In this document: positions 11,301 to 24,702 of the stretch, one piece after another
How the letters are laid out: every line of letters begins with the position of its first letter
Position numbering within the stretch: the first letter of the stretch is position 1
Origin: Hamiltosporidium tvaerminnensis FI-OER-3-3
Taxonomy: Eukaryota; Fungi; Microsporidia
Assembly: GCA_022605425.2 (NCBI GenBank)
Contig: JAKIMF020000005.1
Span: 558,001 to 622,000 of the forward strand
DNA length: 64,000 bases
Reading direction: 5' to 3'
Notes under the pieces: model-generated
The model's input: the letters and a program-made list of their open reading frames with translations, nothing else
Told to the model about the DNA's origin: nothing
Database searches by the model: none
Translations under genes and position numbers: made by a program

Positions 11301-14300
11301 CTTCTTTCAATTCGATTTAAAGGTTGGGATTTAGATAAAGGATTCAAAGGTTTCGGATATAGACCAAGACAGATTTAGTAAAATTTTTAATTATTTGCAA
11401 GATTATGCTCTTTTCTCATGCAACATCTTTATGATAGTATACTTATATAAATAGAAAAATTTTAAATCAGGTAATATCAATATTGAATTAATAACAAATA
11501 GATTGATGCTTTTTGATTTGGTTTTTTAAAATATTTCTACAACAAGCTTAAAAGATGATTAGAATTTTTATATACCAAAATATTTGATTTATATAAGTAA
11601 TATGTGATTATTTACTTGTACAAAGATTATGATATTTTATTAAAATTCTTTTTAAAATTTTTTATTATAAATTTAGTCTACGTTTCTTGGCTAGAAATAT
11701 ATAATTACAAAATAAACATTGAAAAGAATATTTATTCAATTGATTCTTAAGTAGAATCGTAAAATATATATCCTAATTTTAAATCTTACTAAAATCATAA
11801 ATTTTGAAGGATAAAGTTTGCATTAATAGAAACTATAATACTTAATGTGTTTCAAATGCGATCTTGATTTACAGATGATATATTGTATTTAATAAGGAAA
11901 ATCGTGTATATTTTAACCAAAAATATTATTATTTAATTGTATGTATCCGTCTATAAAAATAAAATCTATATAAGATAAGTTTTTTTAAATTTTTATATTA
12001 AATGTAATATATTTCACTCGTATTATTTTCTTATGACAGAATTTAGTACAACACAAACACTCTTTATGCAGCTTTTTAACAAAATTTTTCAAGTATATAG
12101 ATCACGATATAAATGTTGGTTAGGCTGATTTACCGGTATTAATTTCTATTTGACTATTAAAGTTTTTTTTAATAAGTCGTTTGTTAGACATTTAGAGGGG
12201 TGATAATCACGGAAAAACTATACAATTTGTAATGAATGTCTCCAGGTTGTTTGAAACCCATTGTTGCCATTGTATTGACATCTGGACCACACCGGATCTA
12301 TAGACCAATCCCTTTTTTTCCCGTGTTACCACAGATTAAAAGAAGCAAATTAAACTTTCATTTTTTATCTTCGACACCATAAGGTAAAGAAATAATGGAA
12401 TATGTGGGAAACTTTGTTAGACTATTTTGTTATTTTCGGTGACATGGATTGTGTTAAGTAATATTTTATTGTTGCTACTAAATTCATATTCGTATTTTAA
12501 TATTAAAAAAACTGTTTTATTATTTGATTGTTAATTAGTTATTTTTCGTTTGGTTTTTACAACTATTTAGACACACTTATACTTAAAAATTAGTTCATAT
12601 AATATTATCAGGGAAAAGCGGTCCTCATTAATATTTTTACATTATAATATTGAATAATAATGATATATGAAAATAAATTAAAAATTTATGGAATTCGGCT
12701 CAAAATCCGGAGTAAAAAACTTTATAATATTTCATTTTCGCAATTTTTTTTCTTACCTCGAGAAGATGTATGTTCTCGTAGACAAAATAAATTTTCATGG
12801 TTTAAAATTTGTTCTTATGGCATAAGCTAAAGAATCTCAACCAAAAATCTCTGTTTTGGGCTCCAATAATGGCTCAAAATGTAATTCATGCTTGTATTTT
12901 TATATTACTAAGTTTATTTTCCGTTTTAATTATGCCACTTTGCAAAAAAAACAAATTTTGACGTCAGATACTTACTATCTAGTTTTCTATATAATTGCGA
13001 TGCAAAATTAATTTTTTTTTTAAATTGCTATTTATTTTATACTTTTGGAAATGATTAAATCTTAAAAATTGTTATAAACCATAAATAAAGCATTTGAGCA
13101 CTTTATTGAAAAATTTAATCGATTTTTAAATTCTCATTTTTTTGAGATAGATTTTTAGTTTATAATTTTGTGTATTAATGACCAGATTAACAAAGTTTAT
13201 ATGTCTTTATAATAAAATAAAAACATGAATTTTCACAATTTAAGCGCGTTAATATTCAAAACTGTACAACTACGAAAAGAAATAGTAGAAAAATAACCTT
13301 TGCGTTGGTAAAAAGAAGTTTCCTACACCGAAATTGCACGGAAAGAAATATTTTTTATCTCCCTGTATCGATTGAGCTCGTGATTGAAAATCCAAACGTG
13401 TGGAAATTCCTCATCAATAAAATAATTTCATCGGCCGGCAATATATAGTACGGGTGAAGTGTGAGTAGTACATACAAAAATTTTTTTTCTTAAGATTTAT
13501 AAGATTCGGTTCTTTAACTATTTTATGGAACTGCATAAGTTAAAGATCACATAAGTATATTTTTTTTAACGTAATTGGGCAGATACTAAGAGATATCTCA
13601 ATAAAAATGATCAATATGAATTAAAATTAAAATTAAATTAAATGTACATATACAGAGTACATCTGAAGAAATTCTAAGATACAAACTTTCCATGCCAGAA
13701 GATTCAATACTGTATCAGCAATAATAAACACTCTCGCTGTTAGAAAAAATCTGAAAACATCAGTTAATTGTAAAATAAACACATTTTTAAAGAGCATTTT
13801 TGTTTCTTACTTTTGTTTTACAGTTACATTATATTTTCAAACACATATTATTGTGATGAGCGTGTTAAAATTCTACATTTATCGCCTTCTGAGAATATGC
13901 TATATAATAGAATTACGAAAGATAAATTTATCAACTAGAGAATTTTTTTCATAAATTACAAATAGTGTATATTTAAACCAATAATTTTCATTAATTATTT
14001 TCTATAACAGATAGTATATAATTTATTAATTTCAGTGCCACACTATTGAAACTAAACAAATACAATTTATAATTTATAACAAATTCCACACATTGGCCAT
14101 TTTTTATAAAAACTATTCTGCCGATACACAATCTAGCTTTCCTGTTATATCGAAAAAACATGATTTGGCAAACGAATCTGTAGAACATATGTACTTTATA
14201 AGATTTATAATCCTCTAAATATAAAATTTTAAGAAATTCGTTTCAGCATTCCTATTATTTTTTAGAATTTTATAAATGATTGTAATGAATAGATATACTA

Positions 14301-14685
14301 CTTTCTCAAAATTAATATATCTTTACTAATCAAATCTTGGGAAAGTTAGAAATAGGGGCAAAAGAAATCTTTGAACTCCCTGGATTTTTAAAGTCAATTT
14401 CTGTTTAAGTAACAGATATTTGAAAGGATAACAATGTAGAAATCAAAAAAAAAATAATTGCAGAAAAAGAAGTATCATAAAAACATAATTAAGGCGGGTT
14501 TATGGTTACTCGGTTTTTTTTTCAACACCAAGGAACGTGAGTAAACTATTGATGAAATAATAACAAAAATTATATTTATTTGGCGTCACGCATTCTAAAC
14601 TTTTTTTCATGAGTATATAAATCATATGAGGAATTATTAACTAGAACTGAATCAAATTTAGAAATATAATTATCTTCGTATTGCA

Positions 14686-14830
14686 TTTGTGGAGGGAGGA
14701 TAACCACAAAAAAATTTCTCTTTGGAAAAGGGGGGGGAAAAGTGGTGTGAAGATCATTTTTTGTTTTTTTGGGGGAAAAAAACACACCAACCCCCCTTTT
14801 TTTTTCAAAGGGATTAAAAAAGAGGGGGAG

Positions 14831-14868
<38 letters not shown>

Positions 14869-14897
14869 TAAAATTATAAAAAAAAAAAAAAAAAAAA

Positions 14898-14937
<40 letters not shown>

Positions 14938-14950
14938 AAACCCAAACAAA

Positions 14951-15012
<62 letters not shown>

Positions 15013-15063
15013 GAAAAAAAAAAAAAAAAAAAAAAAAATAACAAAAAAAAAACAAAAAAAAAC

Positions 15064-15108
<45 letters not shown>

Positions 15109-15114
15109 AAAAAG

Positions 15115-15146
<32 letters not shown>

Positions 15147-15179
15147 AAGGGAAGAGGGGAGCCAACCCACCCACCAAAC

Positions 15180-15217
<38 letters not shown>

Positions 15218-15291
15218 AAAAAAAAAAAATAAAAAAAAAAAAAAAAAAAAAAGAAAGGAAAAAAAAGGTAAAAAAAGGAAAAAAAAGAGGG

Positions 15292-15386
<95 letters not shown>
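14686..15386 (+). mobile_element. SINE-like element copy C, sequence degraded to poly-A (probable consensus artefact), 11-bp TSD
   Basis: Starts GTGGAGGGAGGATAACCAC like the family; 701 nt between direct repeats TTCGTATTGCA at 14675-14685 and 15387-15397. Confidence 0.8.
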
Positions 15387-15388
<2 letters not shown>

Positions 15389-16854
15389 CGTATTGCAGTA
15401 GTTAATATTGAAAAATTTTATCAAACATATTTTAGTACAATTTATTTTCCTGTATTGAGCCCTGGCTGATTATTAACTCAAATAAAAGATTCTTATATTA
15501 CACAATGTATATTCTTTACTACTTGACTATTTTATTTGTATCCAAAGACAAAAATAAACTCCTATCATGATATTGGGCAACACTATAGCTTTCAACTTAT
15601 CTCTTGTGAATTTAAAAGCTTTTTTAGAAAATTACAATGCGAAAGAAGATTGTATTACACTCACTCTATAATATTATAGAATCTTTGCATATATTAGATT
15701 TCATCGAACAACATCATTTATTATCTATTACACATGCATAGTTTATATCTTACCAACTTCATTGTATGAAGACAAATTAAAAGCCCAGGCAGTATCTACT
15801 ATCAACTTCTGCCTCTCAGGATTGAGAATCTTTTGTGTTATTCTTCTGTACTAAACCCCCATGTTTTTTATTTACTCATCCCGCCATCTATTTCTCATGC
15901 GTACCAGGAATCACGACCAGAAAATGTACGCATATAGACTTTTTCGTCACTCGTTTTCGCTATAGTCTTTCATGTAAAATTAATCATCAGACCTTGTTTC
16001 TCTCAGCTGCGTGAACTAATTATTAATTAAGAATGAGTATATCTAGAATAGTAAAAACAGCAATTGTTTGATTTTAAAATAAAATTTGTCAATTATTCCA
16101 AAAAAAATACTAAACTAGTAAAGCAGCAGTTTTTTATTGTATGACCTAATATATAGATAACTGAAATAAATATTTTCTAAATGAAATATTAAATATGTTC
16201 ATATTGATATAGCGACAGATCATGATTAAATAACAAAATTTTATCAGTCCAAACTTGTCGTAATTACAATAAACATAAAGCGGTTTCACAGTTATTTAAT
16301 TAATATCTGAAACTGCTTTTTATTCAAGCCATTTTAGTGGGATTTCATAATTTGCTAATTCGTTTGCTTGATATATACAAATAAGAAAAATATGTATATT
16401 TTGCCGGCTTATACGATCCCGTTATTTCAAAAAATCCAAAATTTCGAATAGTTAATAGTTTTTTGGGTACTAATCGCATATTTCAAATTCAATTTAATAA
16501 TCCAATAAAATATTCGGCATAACAATATTCCTTTTCTCTTACTTATTTAAACCAATTGTTTATTCTTGCAGGACATTAGATATTTTTGAAGCTAGCCTAG
16601 TTCCTTGTGTGATTTTACTCATAAAATTCAAAATAAAATATATTTATAACAACGAAACATCCTATTTTAGAAATAAATTTGCTTAAAAATATTTTAAAGC
16701 AACAAAAATATTCCAAATATAAATGATTTGGGAAAAACTGCAATGAAAAGTTACTAAATAAAAAAATTTCTTAGTAATGAAAAATTTTTTATTCAACAAA
16801 TAATATTTGATTCTTTATATTTTTTTATTCATCCCTTTACAAATATATAATATC

Positions 16855-17133
16855 ATGCCAAAAACAGTATCTGATACAAATCAAAACGCAACAAAAATAT
16901 TTTTAAACGTTCAAAAATCAGAAAATTTTACCAAACTTTCTTTATCAAAAGATGAAGGCCAAATATATTTACTTGAATCACAAAATAATTATGAAGATAT
17001 TTTTACATATTTGAATGAACTTTTTGACCTACAAAGTTTTAAAACTGAAACAGTCGAAAATAAAAAAGTTTCTAAAATCGATGAACCAAAAAGACAAAAA
17101 CAATCTTCTTTATTGAATTTTATGAAAAAATAA
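16855..17133 (+). CDS. Small protein (92 aa) with C-terminal PCNA-interacting (PIP-box-like) motif
   Basis: ATG at 16855 downstream of CCCTTT motif; ends KQSSLLNFMKK (Q-x-x-L-x-x-F-M). Confidence 0.6.
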   Translation: MPKTVSDTNQNATKIFLNVQKSENFTKLSLSKDEGQIYLLESQNNYEDIFTYLNELFDLQSFKTETVENKKVSKIDEPKRQKQSSLLNFMKK

Positions 17134-17254
17134 TTGTTTTTAAACAATATGGAAGAAAATTAAGTTTTTTTTTTGATTTGAATATATATTTTAAACCAGA
17201 AATTAAATTTATTAAAATTAAAAAATATTTACTATCGTTTTTTAAGTAGAAATT

Positions 17255-18523
17255 TTATTCATTAACAATTGTAAATTTGTCTACTTCAAACATTTCATCA
17301 ACAGAGAAACAATCTAAATTTTCTTTTTCTTTCACATTTAAAATTTTTAAGCCACTGAAAATAGATTTACACCTGAAGAAAACTTCAATGGGAAAAACAT
17401 TATTGACATCATCTGTAGAACAGGTAAATTCTATATTTTCAGAAGATCCTCTTTCTTTACAACTTCCAATATCCCATTCAATAAATTCTTTACCCAAAAC
17501 ACATTTATCACTTTCTAAAATTACATTTTTAATATTTTTAAGTGGAAAAAAAAGTTTTAAGCCTTCACAGTTTTCTACTTCTGTTACTATTTCCATAGAA
17601 ATTTGATATTTGTCTATCCCTACCTCTGATGGCCAAAAAGTAAAAACAATAGGAAGAAATATTTCTGAATATTTCCATTTCATCAGAGCTACATTTTTAT
17701 CTACAGGAAATCCTTTTGTACCTTTAAGTTTGTTCTTTTTACTTGAATCTTTATCTAAGTTTGGATTAAATTTTAAATTTTCTTTTTTTTGAATCGAAAA
17801 TTCAATTTCACAATTTTTGTATTCTTCATTGCGTACCAATAAATTCATATCTCCTTCAACCTCACAATTCTTTATATTATTTTCTTTATCCACCACGATC
17901 TTTATCTTTTCCTTAATACCGATAAGAATAGATTCTTCTCTATCTTCATTAATAACAGGTTTCTTTTCTTTTTTGATTTCCTCTTTTTCTTCAACAGTTT
18001 TTGACTGTAAAATTGTTTCTTTTCTTATTTCTATTTCTAAATTTTTTACTTTTTCAAGTTGTAAATCAATATCAGACATTTTCTTTCTCATTTTAAGTTC
18101 TTTTTGTTTTTGTATCGCATCCAATTCTTTATTTTTCATCATCATTTCATGTATTTTTTCTTCTTGACTTTCCATTTCAACAATATTGTGTAAACTTTCA
18201 GTGTCTAAAATAAAAAAAGAATTTTTGTTAATAATATCGTCTAAAACAAAAAGCAAAGATGGAAAATCGTAGGGAATAAGAGTTTTCAACAATTTAATCG
18301 CATTATATTCTTGAAATCCATATTCAGTAACCAAAACATAATATACATCTTCCTTTTCTAAAAAATAATACGTAAACATTTCTGTTATTAAAGAAGTCCC
18401 TTTCTTTGATGCAGAAGTAAATTCAGAAAGTATTAAATCAATAACTTCCTTTTCCATTAGTTCTGTAGTTTTTATAAAAATATCTTCTGTAATTGAATTG
18501 TATGTAAAAAATCCTATTAGCAT
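17255..18523 (-). CDS. RET2: Coatomer subunit delta (delta-COP)
   Basis: N-terminal longin-like domain; MESQEEKIHEMM..NKE (cf. MDSHEEKI); mu-homology motifs KFNPNLDK, KGFPV..NVALMKW, LPIVFTFWPS. Confidence 0.9.
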   Translation of the reverse strand: MLIGFFTYNSITEDIFIKTTELMEKEVIDLILSEFTSASKKGTSLITEMFTYYFLEKEDVYYVLVTEYGFQEYNAIKLLKTLIPYDFPSLLFVLDDIINKNSFFILDTESLHNIVEMESQEEKIHEMMMKNKELDAIQKQKELKMRKKMSDIDLQLEKVKNLEIEIRKETILQSKTVEEKEEIKKEKKPVINEDREESILIGIKEKIKIVVDKENNIKNCEVEGDMNLLVRNEEYKNCEIEFSIQKKENLKFNPNLDKDSSKKNKLKGTKGFPVDKNVALMKWKYSEIFLPIVFTFWPSEVGIDKYQISMEIVTEVENCEGLKLFFPLKNIKNVILESDKCVLGKEFIEWDIGSCKERGSSENIEFTCSTDDVNNVFPIEVFFRCKSIFSGLKILNVKEKENLDCFSVDEMFEVDKFTIVNE

Positions 18524-18699
18524 ATTTATAAGGGTTATAAAAAATGATTATCCTTTTCTTTTTGTAAATTAAAATTTTTAAAAAAAATATAAAAAAAATG
18601 TGCAGAAAGGGGGTCGGACTATTCTTTGAAAAGGATAGACCATACAATTTTATTAGACTTAAAAAAGGTATTTATTTATACACAAATTGTTGTCTGATA

Positions 18700-18850
18700 A
18701 ATAAATATCAATTTGAAGTCTACAAAACGAATTAGGAGTCATTAAGTTCAAGAAATTCTTAAAAATGAGTATGCAGAAATAAGAATGGACACTAGGATAA
18801 AAACTGATATTAAAATTTGAAATAATAGACCCGATATATTTATTTTAGCT
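18700..18850 (+). mobile_element. Short fragment of the R4-like element RLE region
   Basis: Homologous to 9350-9500 (KRIRSH.VQEIL.NEYAEIR.DTRIKTD.KI.NNRPDIFIL) with stops. Confidence 0.8.
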
Positions 18851-19599
18851 TAAAAATCAAATACGAGAACGCTTAGTTAGGTGTATATTATGTCATATTA
18901 CTTAAGCCTTAGTTTTAAAATTTAAAAAACTCAGGAAGTATAATTCACCTGTAAAATGTTAAATCTTGTTTAATCTTAGTCTTAAGGCTTTACTATGCGA
19001 AAGATTTCTATTAGTATGGAAGAAATTAAAAATATAGGCATATAAAACACGGAATATAAAAATTTCGAAACATAAATATAGTTTACGTGTGTATAGATAA
19101 CAGAAGTTATTTAGATTTAACAAAGATGAATATAGAATTAATACTCGATTTTGCATATTCCGTTAAAATATTTAAGAATTACCTAATGACATAACATAAT
19201 ACATATTTAAACCACCTGCTATCGTGCTCACATACTAAAATGAACTTTGTTCGTCTCGGGTAATAAAACATGTGATATGAGATAATATAATAAGGCTTGG
19301 TAACATGAGGAAAATTAAAAACGGCTTAAAATAATAAAAAAAATATTGCCTTTTTGTGATTTTTACGGTGTTTTATGAAATTTATACTTTATACTTTTAG
19401 CTTGATAGAAAGTGAGTACCATATTAAAAAATATCTCATCTACAAAGATCAGTGAATTTGATGTATATCATTGCAATTTTTAGAGGAATAAATGGCCCCC
19501 AAATTTACATTGAAATATCTGAAAATCCTATAAGAGGAGATATTATACCAAAATAAGAAACATTTACAGTTTAAATTGTGGTTTCACTGATATAAAATA

Positions 19600-20105
19600 T
19601 GCGAAATGCAGCTAATTGATCGTGTTTATTATGTCAAAGTATGGAAACTCAACTTTTCGGCGCGAAGTTAGAAAATTTGGAGCTTTTGATATATAAAAAA
19701 CATAATATTTGCAGGTCCTTAATCTAAATCGGAAGTTATACAATATTCATTGGTTTTGCACGCCTGGTTGAACCCCATTTAAGTACATGTTTGTCATGGT
19801 TGGATGCCTTTTTTTCGCAAAGTGTATAATTTGTGGAATATTGCTGATACCGGGGATACTCAAGATAGCTTACTACATGCGATTGCACATCGATATCCAA
19901 AAATAATGAAATCTTGCTGCCTTTTCACCCATTTAATTGGCTCAACATATATATATAATATGAGTTGTAAGCATGTAGGTATCGTAGGAAAATTTTATGT
20001 TTCAGGATTCCAGTTATTTATGTTAAAACCATAACTGCCTTAATCTCATTAAAAAAATATTAAACGCTCTACTCCTTTAAAATGATGTAATGTCTTTCTT
20101 ATAAA
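19600..20105 (+). mobile_element. SINE-like element copy D, old and diverged
   Basis: Collinear remnants: AAAGTATGGAAAC, TGCACGCCTGGTTGAACCCCAT, GTAGGTATCGTAGG, ATTTATGTTAAAACCATAACTGCCTTAAT, TTTAAAATGATGT. Confidence 0.6.
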
Positions 20106-20881
20106 AACATATTTATAATAGAATGTCGATATAAATATCTCTAATATCGCTATATACCCCCACTTCTCATTTTTTTTGAAAACTATGAAGCTATAATACA
20201 ATTTATTTATCAAAGATGGTAAGACACAGAGGTATATAGCGTTGTTTCTCTCTCAAAAACTTTAAATAAATTTGATTGACCATATTTTAAATTCAACTTT
20301 GGAATAAATTTGTTTAGTTCGCGAACTAATCTCTTTTTTTTGCTTTCTCAAAATTGATAAATTACTTAACCATTTCATCTAATTTATTTTTTTAAATCAC
20401 TTAAACAAGCTACTTGCGAGTAAGATATTTTTCAAATCTAATTCAAACAATGTAATAACTGGAAAATCTTTACAACTCTTTTAAATGGGTATTTAGAAAG
20501 ATTTTATCAAATAATTATTTCTGCCGAATGTAATTTTCGTAGAAATATTTAATTGATTCGGAAATTTATAGCAGCATCGGCATATATATTCGGCAAAAAA
20601 AGGAAAAAATTACACAATATAATTATTATTTTGTATATTATAAATCGGATATAGACCAAGCGCATGTATTAAATGATATATTTATAAGTAATATGTTTCT
20701 TTTTGTAATAAAATACTTAATTTTTTCCTTAGGATAATCAATAATTAGTGTGATTTTTTTTATTAACCTAATTATTAAGATGATATATAGTGAATTACCC
20801 TCATATTTATTTGTATTTTTTAAAGTAAAAAGGTACAAGAATTACAAATTTTGCCGATTCAATTTTTTAATAATTATATTT

Positions 20882-22195
20882 TTAAATCGGTAGAGATTTA
20901 AAATTATTCCAATATTTTAACTTAAAATCAAATCTTTCGAGCTCTTTAACCAATACCAGTACAAAGCTTATTTTTTCTTTTAATGGCATATCACATGAAA
21001 ATCCGGGAATACTTCTTGTGATATAAATATTAATAAGGTCATAGTTTAAAACATTGTATAAAAAATTAATTATATATTCCGTACTAGTTTCCCTATAAAA
21101 TATAGTTAAGTAACAAGTCTCTTGCAAAATTTTTTTGTTTTTTTTGGGTTTTTTAGATTTATTGCTAGCATTAAGAGTATTATCTTTATCTTCAGTAACA
21201 GATGTGAATATATCAATATCAGAAGAAATATAACCAAAATTGTTTAAAATTCCTTTGTTTATGGAATCTTGTTTTTTATCCTCCCTCAAACTCGAAATAT
21301 AAACTTCATTAACATTTAAATATTTTTTGTAGCCACATAAACATATTTCTTTAACTACAAGTTTATTACAAACGTTTTTGAATAAGCAGCCTTTTGATGA
21401 TTGTGTTACTCTATCTTTTCTTTCAAAAGATATATTTTTTATTAATTCAAATTTTGCGCTTGTAAAAGCATATTCCAAAATTTTTTTATTATTTTTTTTG
21501 TTCAAATCATAATGTTTGTTAATTTTTAAATCATTTATGAGTAGGAAATAATCATTATTATATTTATAAGTTTGTTTAAAAAGCATACTAAATATAAAAT
21601 CATGATCTGTAGCTTTTAAAAAAGCTAAATCTGAGAAAATGGGCACAAATGAAAATTGTTTGTCTTTTAAAATTATTTTAGTAAGTATCCTTTTAAAAAT
21701 ATTTAGATGCCAAAAGATAAATTTACTACTGTGTTTTTGTAAATAATATTCTTTTTCTGCAGGTTTTGAATTGGTAGAATAATTTTTATTCAAAATATTT
21801 GCATTTGAAACAGGTCGACGATTATTTCTAAATCTAAAAATCATAAAATATCTATAACTTATAGTTAGAGAATGATAATATACAGTACCATTTTCCATCT
21901 CAGTATTATTTATCAAGGATACAATAATATGTATTTTTTTTGATTTTTTTGCCAGTAAAAATTCAATTATTTCATCTGAAGATTCTTTAAGTAGATAATT
22001 ACTACTTTCAAGAAATAGAAATTCGTGTGAGCATATTTCGTCGTATTTTTTTGTTTTCTCAGTGTAAAGTTCATATATTTTTTTATTTATAATGTTAAAT
22101 AAATTTTTTATATTACATTTACTTGTTTTTGTAGGATTTTTTGTACAAAAAGTGGTTATGAGCATGAGTAACAAACGAAACAATTGTTTTTTCAT
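20882..22195 (-). CDS. Secreted-type protein, 'C-TKNP' family paralogue 1
   Basis: ATG at 22195 gives signal-like MKKQLFRLLLMLITTFC-TKNP; shares ICSHEFLFLES, KEYYLQKH, VPIFSD, LLINDLKIN, NISFER, IPGF, LKEKIS with four other ORFs. Confidence 0.85.
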   Translation of the reverse strand: MKKQLFRLLLMLITTFCTKNPTKTSKCNIKNLFNIINKKIYELYTEKTKKYDEICSHEFLFLESSNYLLKESSDEIIEFLLAKKSKKIHIIVSLINNTEMENGTVYYHSLTISYRYFMIFRFRNNRRPVSNANILNKNYSTNSKPAEKEYYLQKHSSKFIFWHLNIFKRILTKIILKDKQFSFVPIFSDLAFLKATDHDFIFSMLFKQTYKYNNDYFLLINDLKINKHYDLNKKNNKKILEYAFTSAKFELIKNISFERKDRVTQSSKGCLFKNVCNKLVVKEICLCGYKKYLNVNEVYISSLREDKKQDSINKGILNNFGYISSDIDIFTSVTEDKDNTLNASNKSKKPKKNKKILQETCYLTIFYRETSTEYIINFLYNVLNYDLINIYITRSIPGFSCDMPLKEKISFVLVLVKELERFDFKLKYWNNFKSLPI

Positions 22196-22899
22196 TAATA
22201 TTCTACTCCGGTACAATAAAAAATATAAAATAATAGAATGCAAAGAAATTAAAAAAAATTAATTAAAAGATAATACCGATAATAAAATGAAAATATAATA
22301 GAAGAATATCGATAAAAATATATTTAATCTGGTTTCCAACAATGTAATTAATTAATATTTAATTTAAAATTAATTAAATATATTCACCATCTCATCTATA
22401 TTTCTTTTTTTCGAGTATGGCAAACATTCATCTAAATTTATTTATTCTTTTCGTTTTGAACAAAACCTAGTGATTTTTACAAACTTTTGTTTGTATTTGA
22501 AACTTTTTATTGTCCTATCAGTCGAGTCGCACAGTTTATTCTTCATATCTGATTTTGAATGATGTTTTTTAACAGACATTCATTGAAACATTTTAAGAAA
22601 CAAATTAGACACCCAAGAACAATTTATATTCTTATTTTATAGGTGAGGATTTGTTTTATATGCCTTCCACATCTGATTTTCCAGAATTTCAATCTAATTT
22701 CTAAGTCTTTTTGTAACCAGAAGATAAATCTGAGGATAGCATTACAGCATCGGTGATTAAATATTATATTTCAACACAATCTCTTTACGAATCAACGATA
22801 ACATAATATCTTACCTATTGACTTCTAAATATACAAATTCTCTATGTATTAAATATAAAGCATGCTGTAATGTTTGTTCCCATTTCCATGATTCTCACA

Positions 22900-23450
22900 T
22901 TTGCACTGAATTTTAAACTTTTATTTGAATTAATGACTCTGTCTGAAAAATGATTCTCTTGTAAGTTTATCCGATTTTCTAATTTTTTCAAAAAAATCAT
23001 TATTTTCATTGTAATTGCATTTCGAACGGAATCTATAATTTTTTGTATTTTTGATCATTTCACTGCATTGTAAAAATATAAGGCGGTTTTACACGAAATT
23101 GAAATAAATTTAAAGGAAGTTGTAGTGTCAGTTTATCACAACCAGAAATTAAGATTATAGTATAAACTTCAAATAAAGAACTTAATATTTCTTTTGTTTA
23201 ACATTTAACCAAGAATGATTCTATTTTTCAATAAATAACTATTGCGTTGGTTAAACCCATCTTAACACCTTTCATTTTTAAAAATATATTTATAAATCTT
23301 TATAGGAATATTAAAGCACCAATCACTTTCAATAATTCATAGTTTTTTTGGCAAAGTTCATAATAAAATTTTATGTTCCCTTCCAATGCTTCTTTGCTGG
23401 ATAATAAATTTCAAACCGAAGGCCGCGTGCTTGAAATATTTGTATAACAA
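22900..23450 (-). pseudogene. Eroded Ty3/Gypsy-like RT remnant
   Basis: Minus-strand fragment MGLTNA (cf. MPFGLTNAP) at ~23245-23265 followed by VYTIILIS (cf. VYLDDILI); boundaries approximate. Confidence 0.3.
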
Positions 23451-24702
23451 TTATGGAATAAATATTGTAGTATCTGAATCCTTATTTGAAAGACATCAAA
23501 TTATATGTTTATTAAAGATAAATTGCCTTTAATTTACTTTTTTGTAAGATCAAACAAAAAGTTCCAGATTCTGTTAAGAACGAAAAACCGAATAATATAC
23601 TACATGAGAATCATTTTATATCAAAATTAAAGAAAAAAACATTTTCTTTCTGGGTTTTTATATTAATTTAGGTATGATTTTCACCGTTTAAAATAGTCTA
23701 TTTAACCAAAGACCAACCTATTTTCGATTTTTTTGGTTAACGGATATTCTTTATCTGGCTTTAAGTTATATTATATCCTCACTTTTTCTTTAATTTTACT
23801 CTATTCTGTAATGTCTTAAGGTTATTTCGTCTTTGAAATTATATACGTTACTTGTTGAGTCTCACAGCAAAATAGGCTCTGTTTCGTTAAAAATTTTATT
23901 CTATCTATAAATAGCCTTTTTTCTAGATTTTTATTCTTCTTATTTTTTATAACAGAGAGATGCTTTGTATTCTAAAAAAAATTAATCTACGAAACCCACA
24001 TTAGTATCTTATTATTTTTACCTTGCAAATCATGTAACAACCTAGAATCCAATTTTCCTGTATAGATTATTAAGCATTCCTTTTTTTATTTATTTGGTTT
24101 TAAAGATCCGTAGATAATTTATATTTGATCATAAATACGTATACTATTAAAATTAAATGAAAATTTCTATTTTTATACTTTTAGTAAATATATTTATAAC
24201 TAAAATAAAGCCTTTCCCATAAAATTTTACCGGGTTTTTCAAGCTTGCAATATCAAGAGCTTCTCACACCTCTTTATTTTATTTCTTTTAACAATATTAA
24301 AATATATGTTTTATCGTTTACTTATTACACTAGCTAAGGAAATCTATACCTAATTATATTAAACAAACTATTATATGAGTGAAATATTTGAATTTCATTT
24401 TACCACGTTAAATGTTTAAAAATTTGTCCCTTAGACCTAGATCCTCTCCATAATTTTAAAATTTGGGTTTAAAATAGAAAATTTTGGGTCGATACAGCGA
24501 TTCTGTTATTGTTAAAAGTACATCATACAATTTACATATATAGCCTAAAGTTAAGTTGCTTCCCTAAAAACCCTAATCATACATTTTCGTTTAGCCAACA
24601 AAAAGTGCAAATATGTGGATATTTTTTCTGTTATTGCATCTTATCTTTTATTTAAAGAGCCTAAATATTACAAAGAAACTATAATTAAAATGATTAATTT
24701 AT

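Noticed and set aside
14576-15424. Poly-Lys / poly-Phe ORFs
   Set aside because: Translations of a homopolymer tract that is a corrupted SINE-like copy bounded by a TSD
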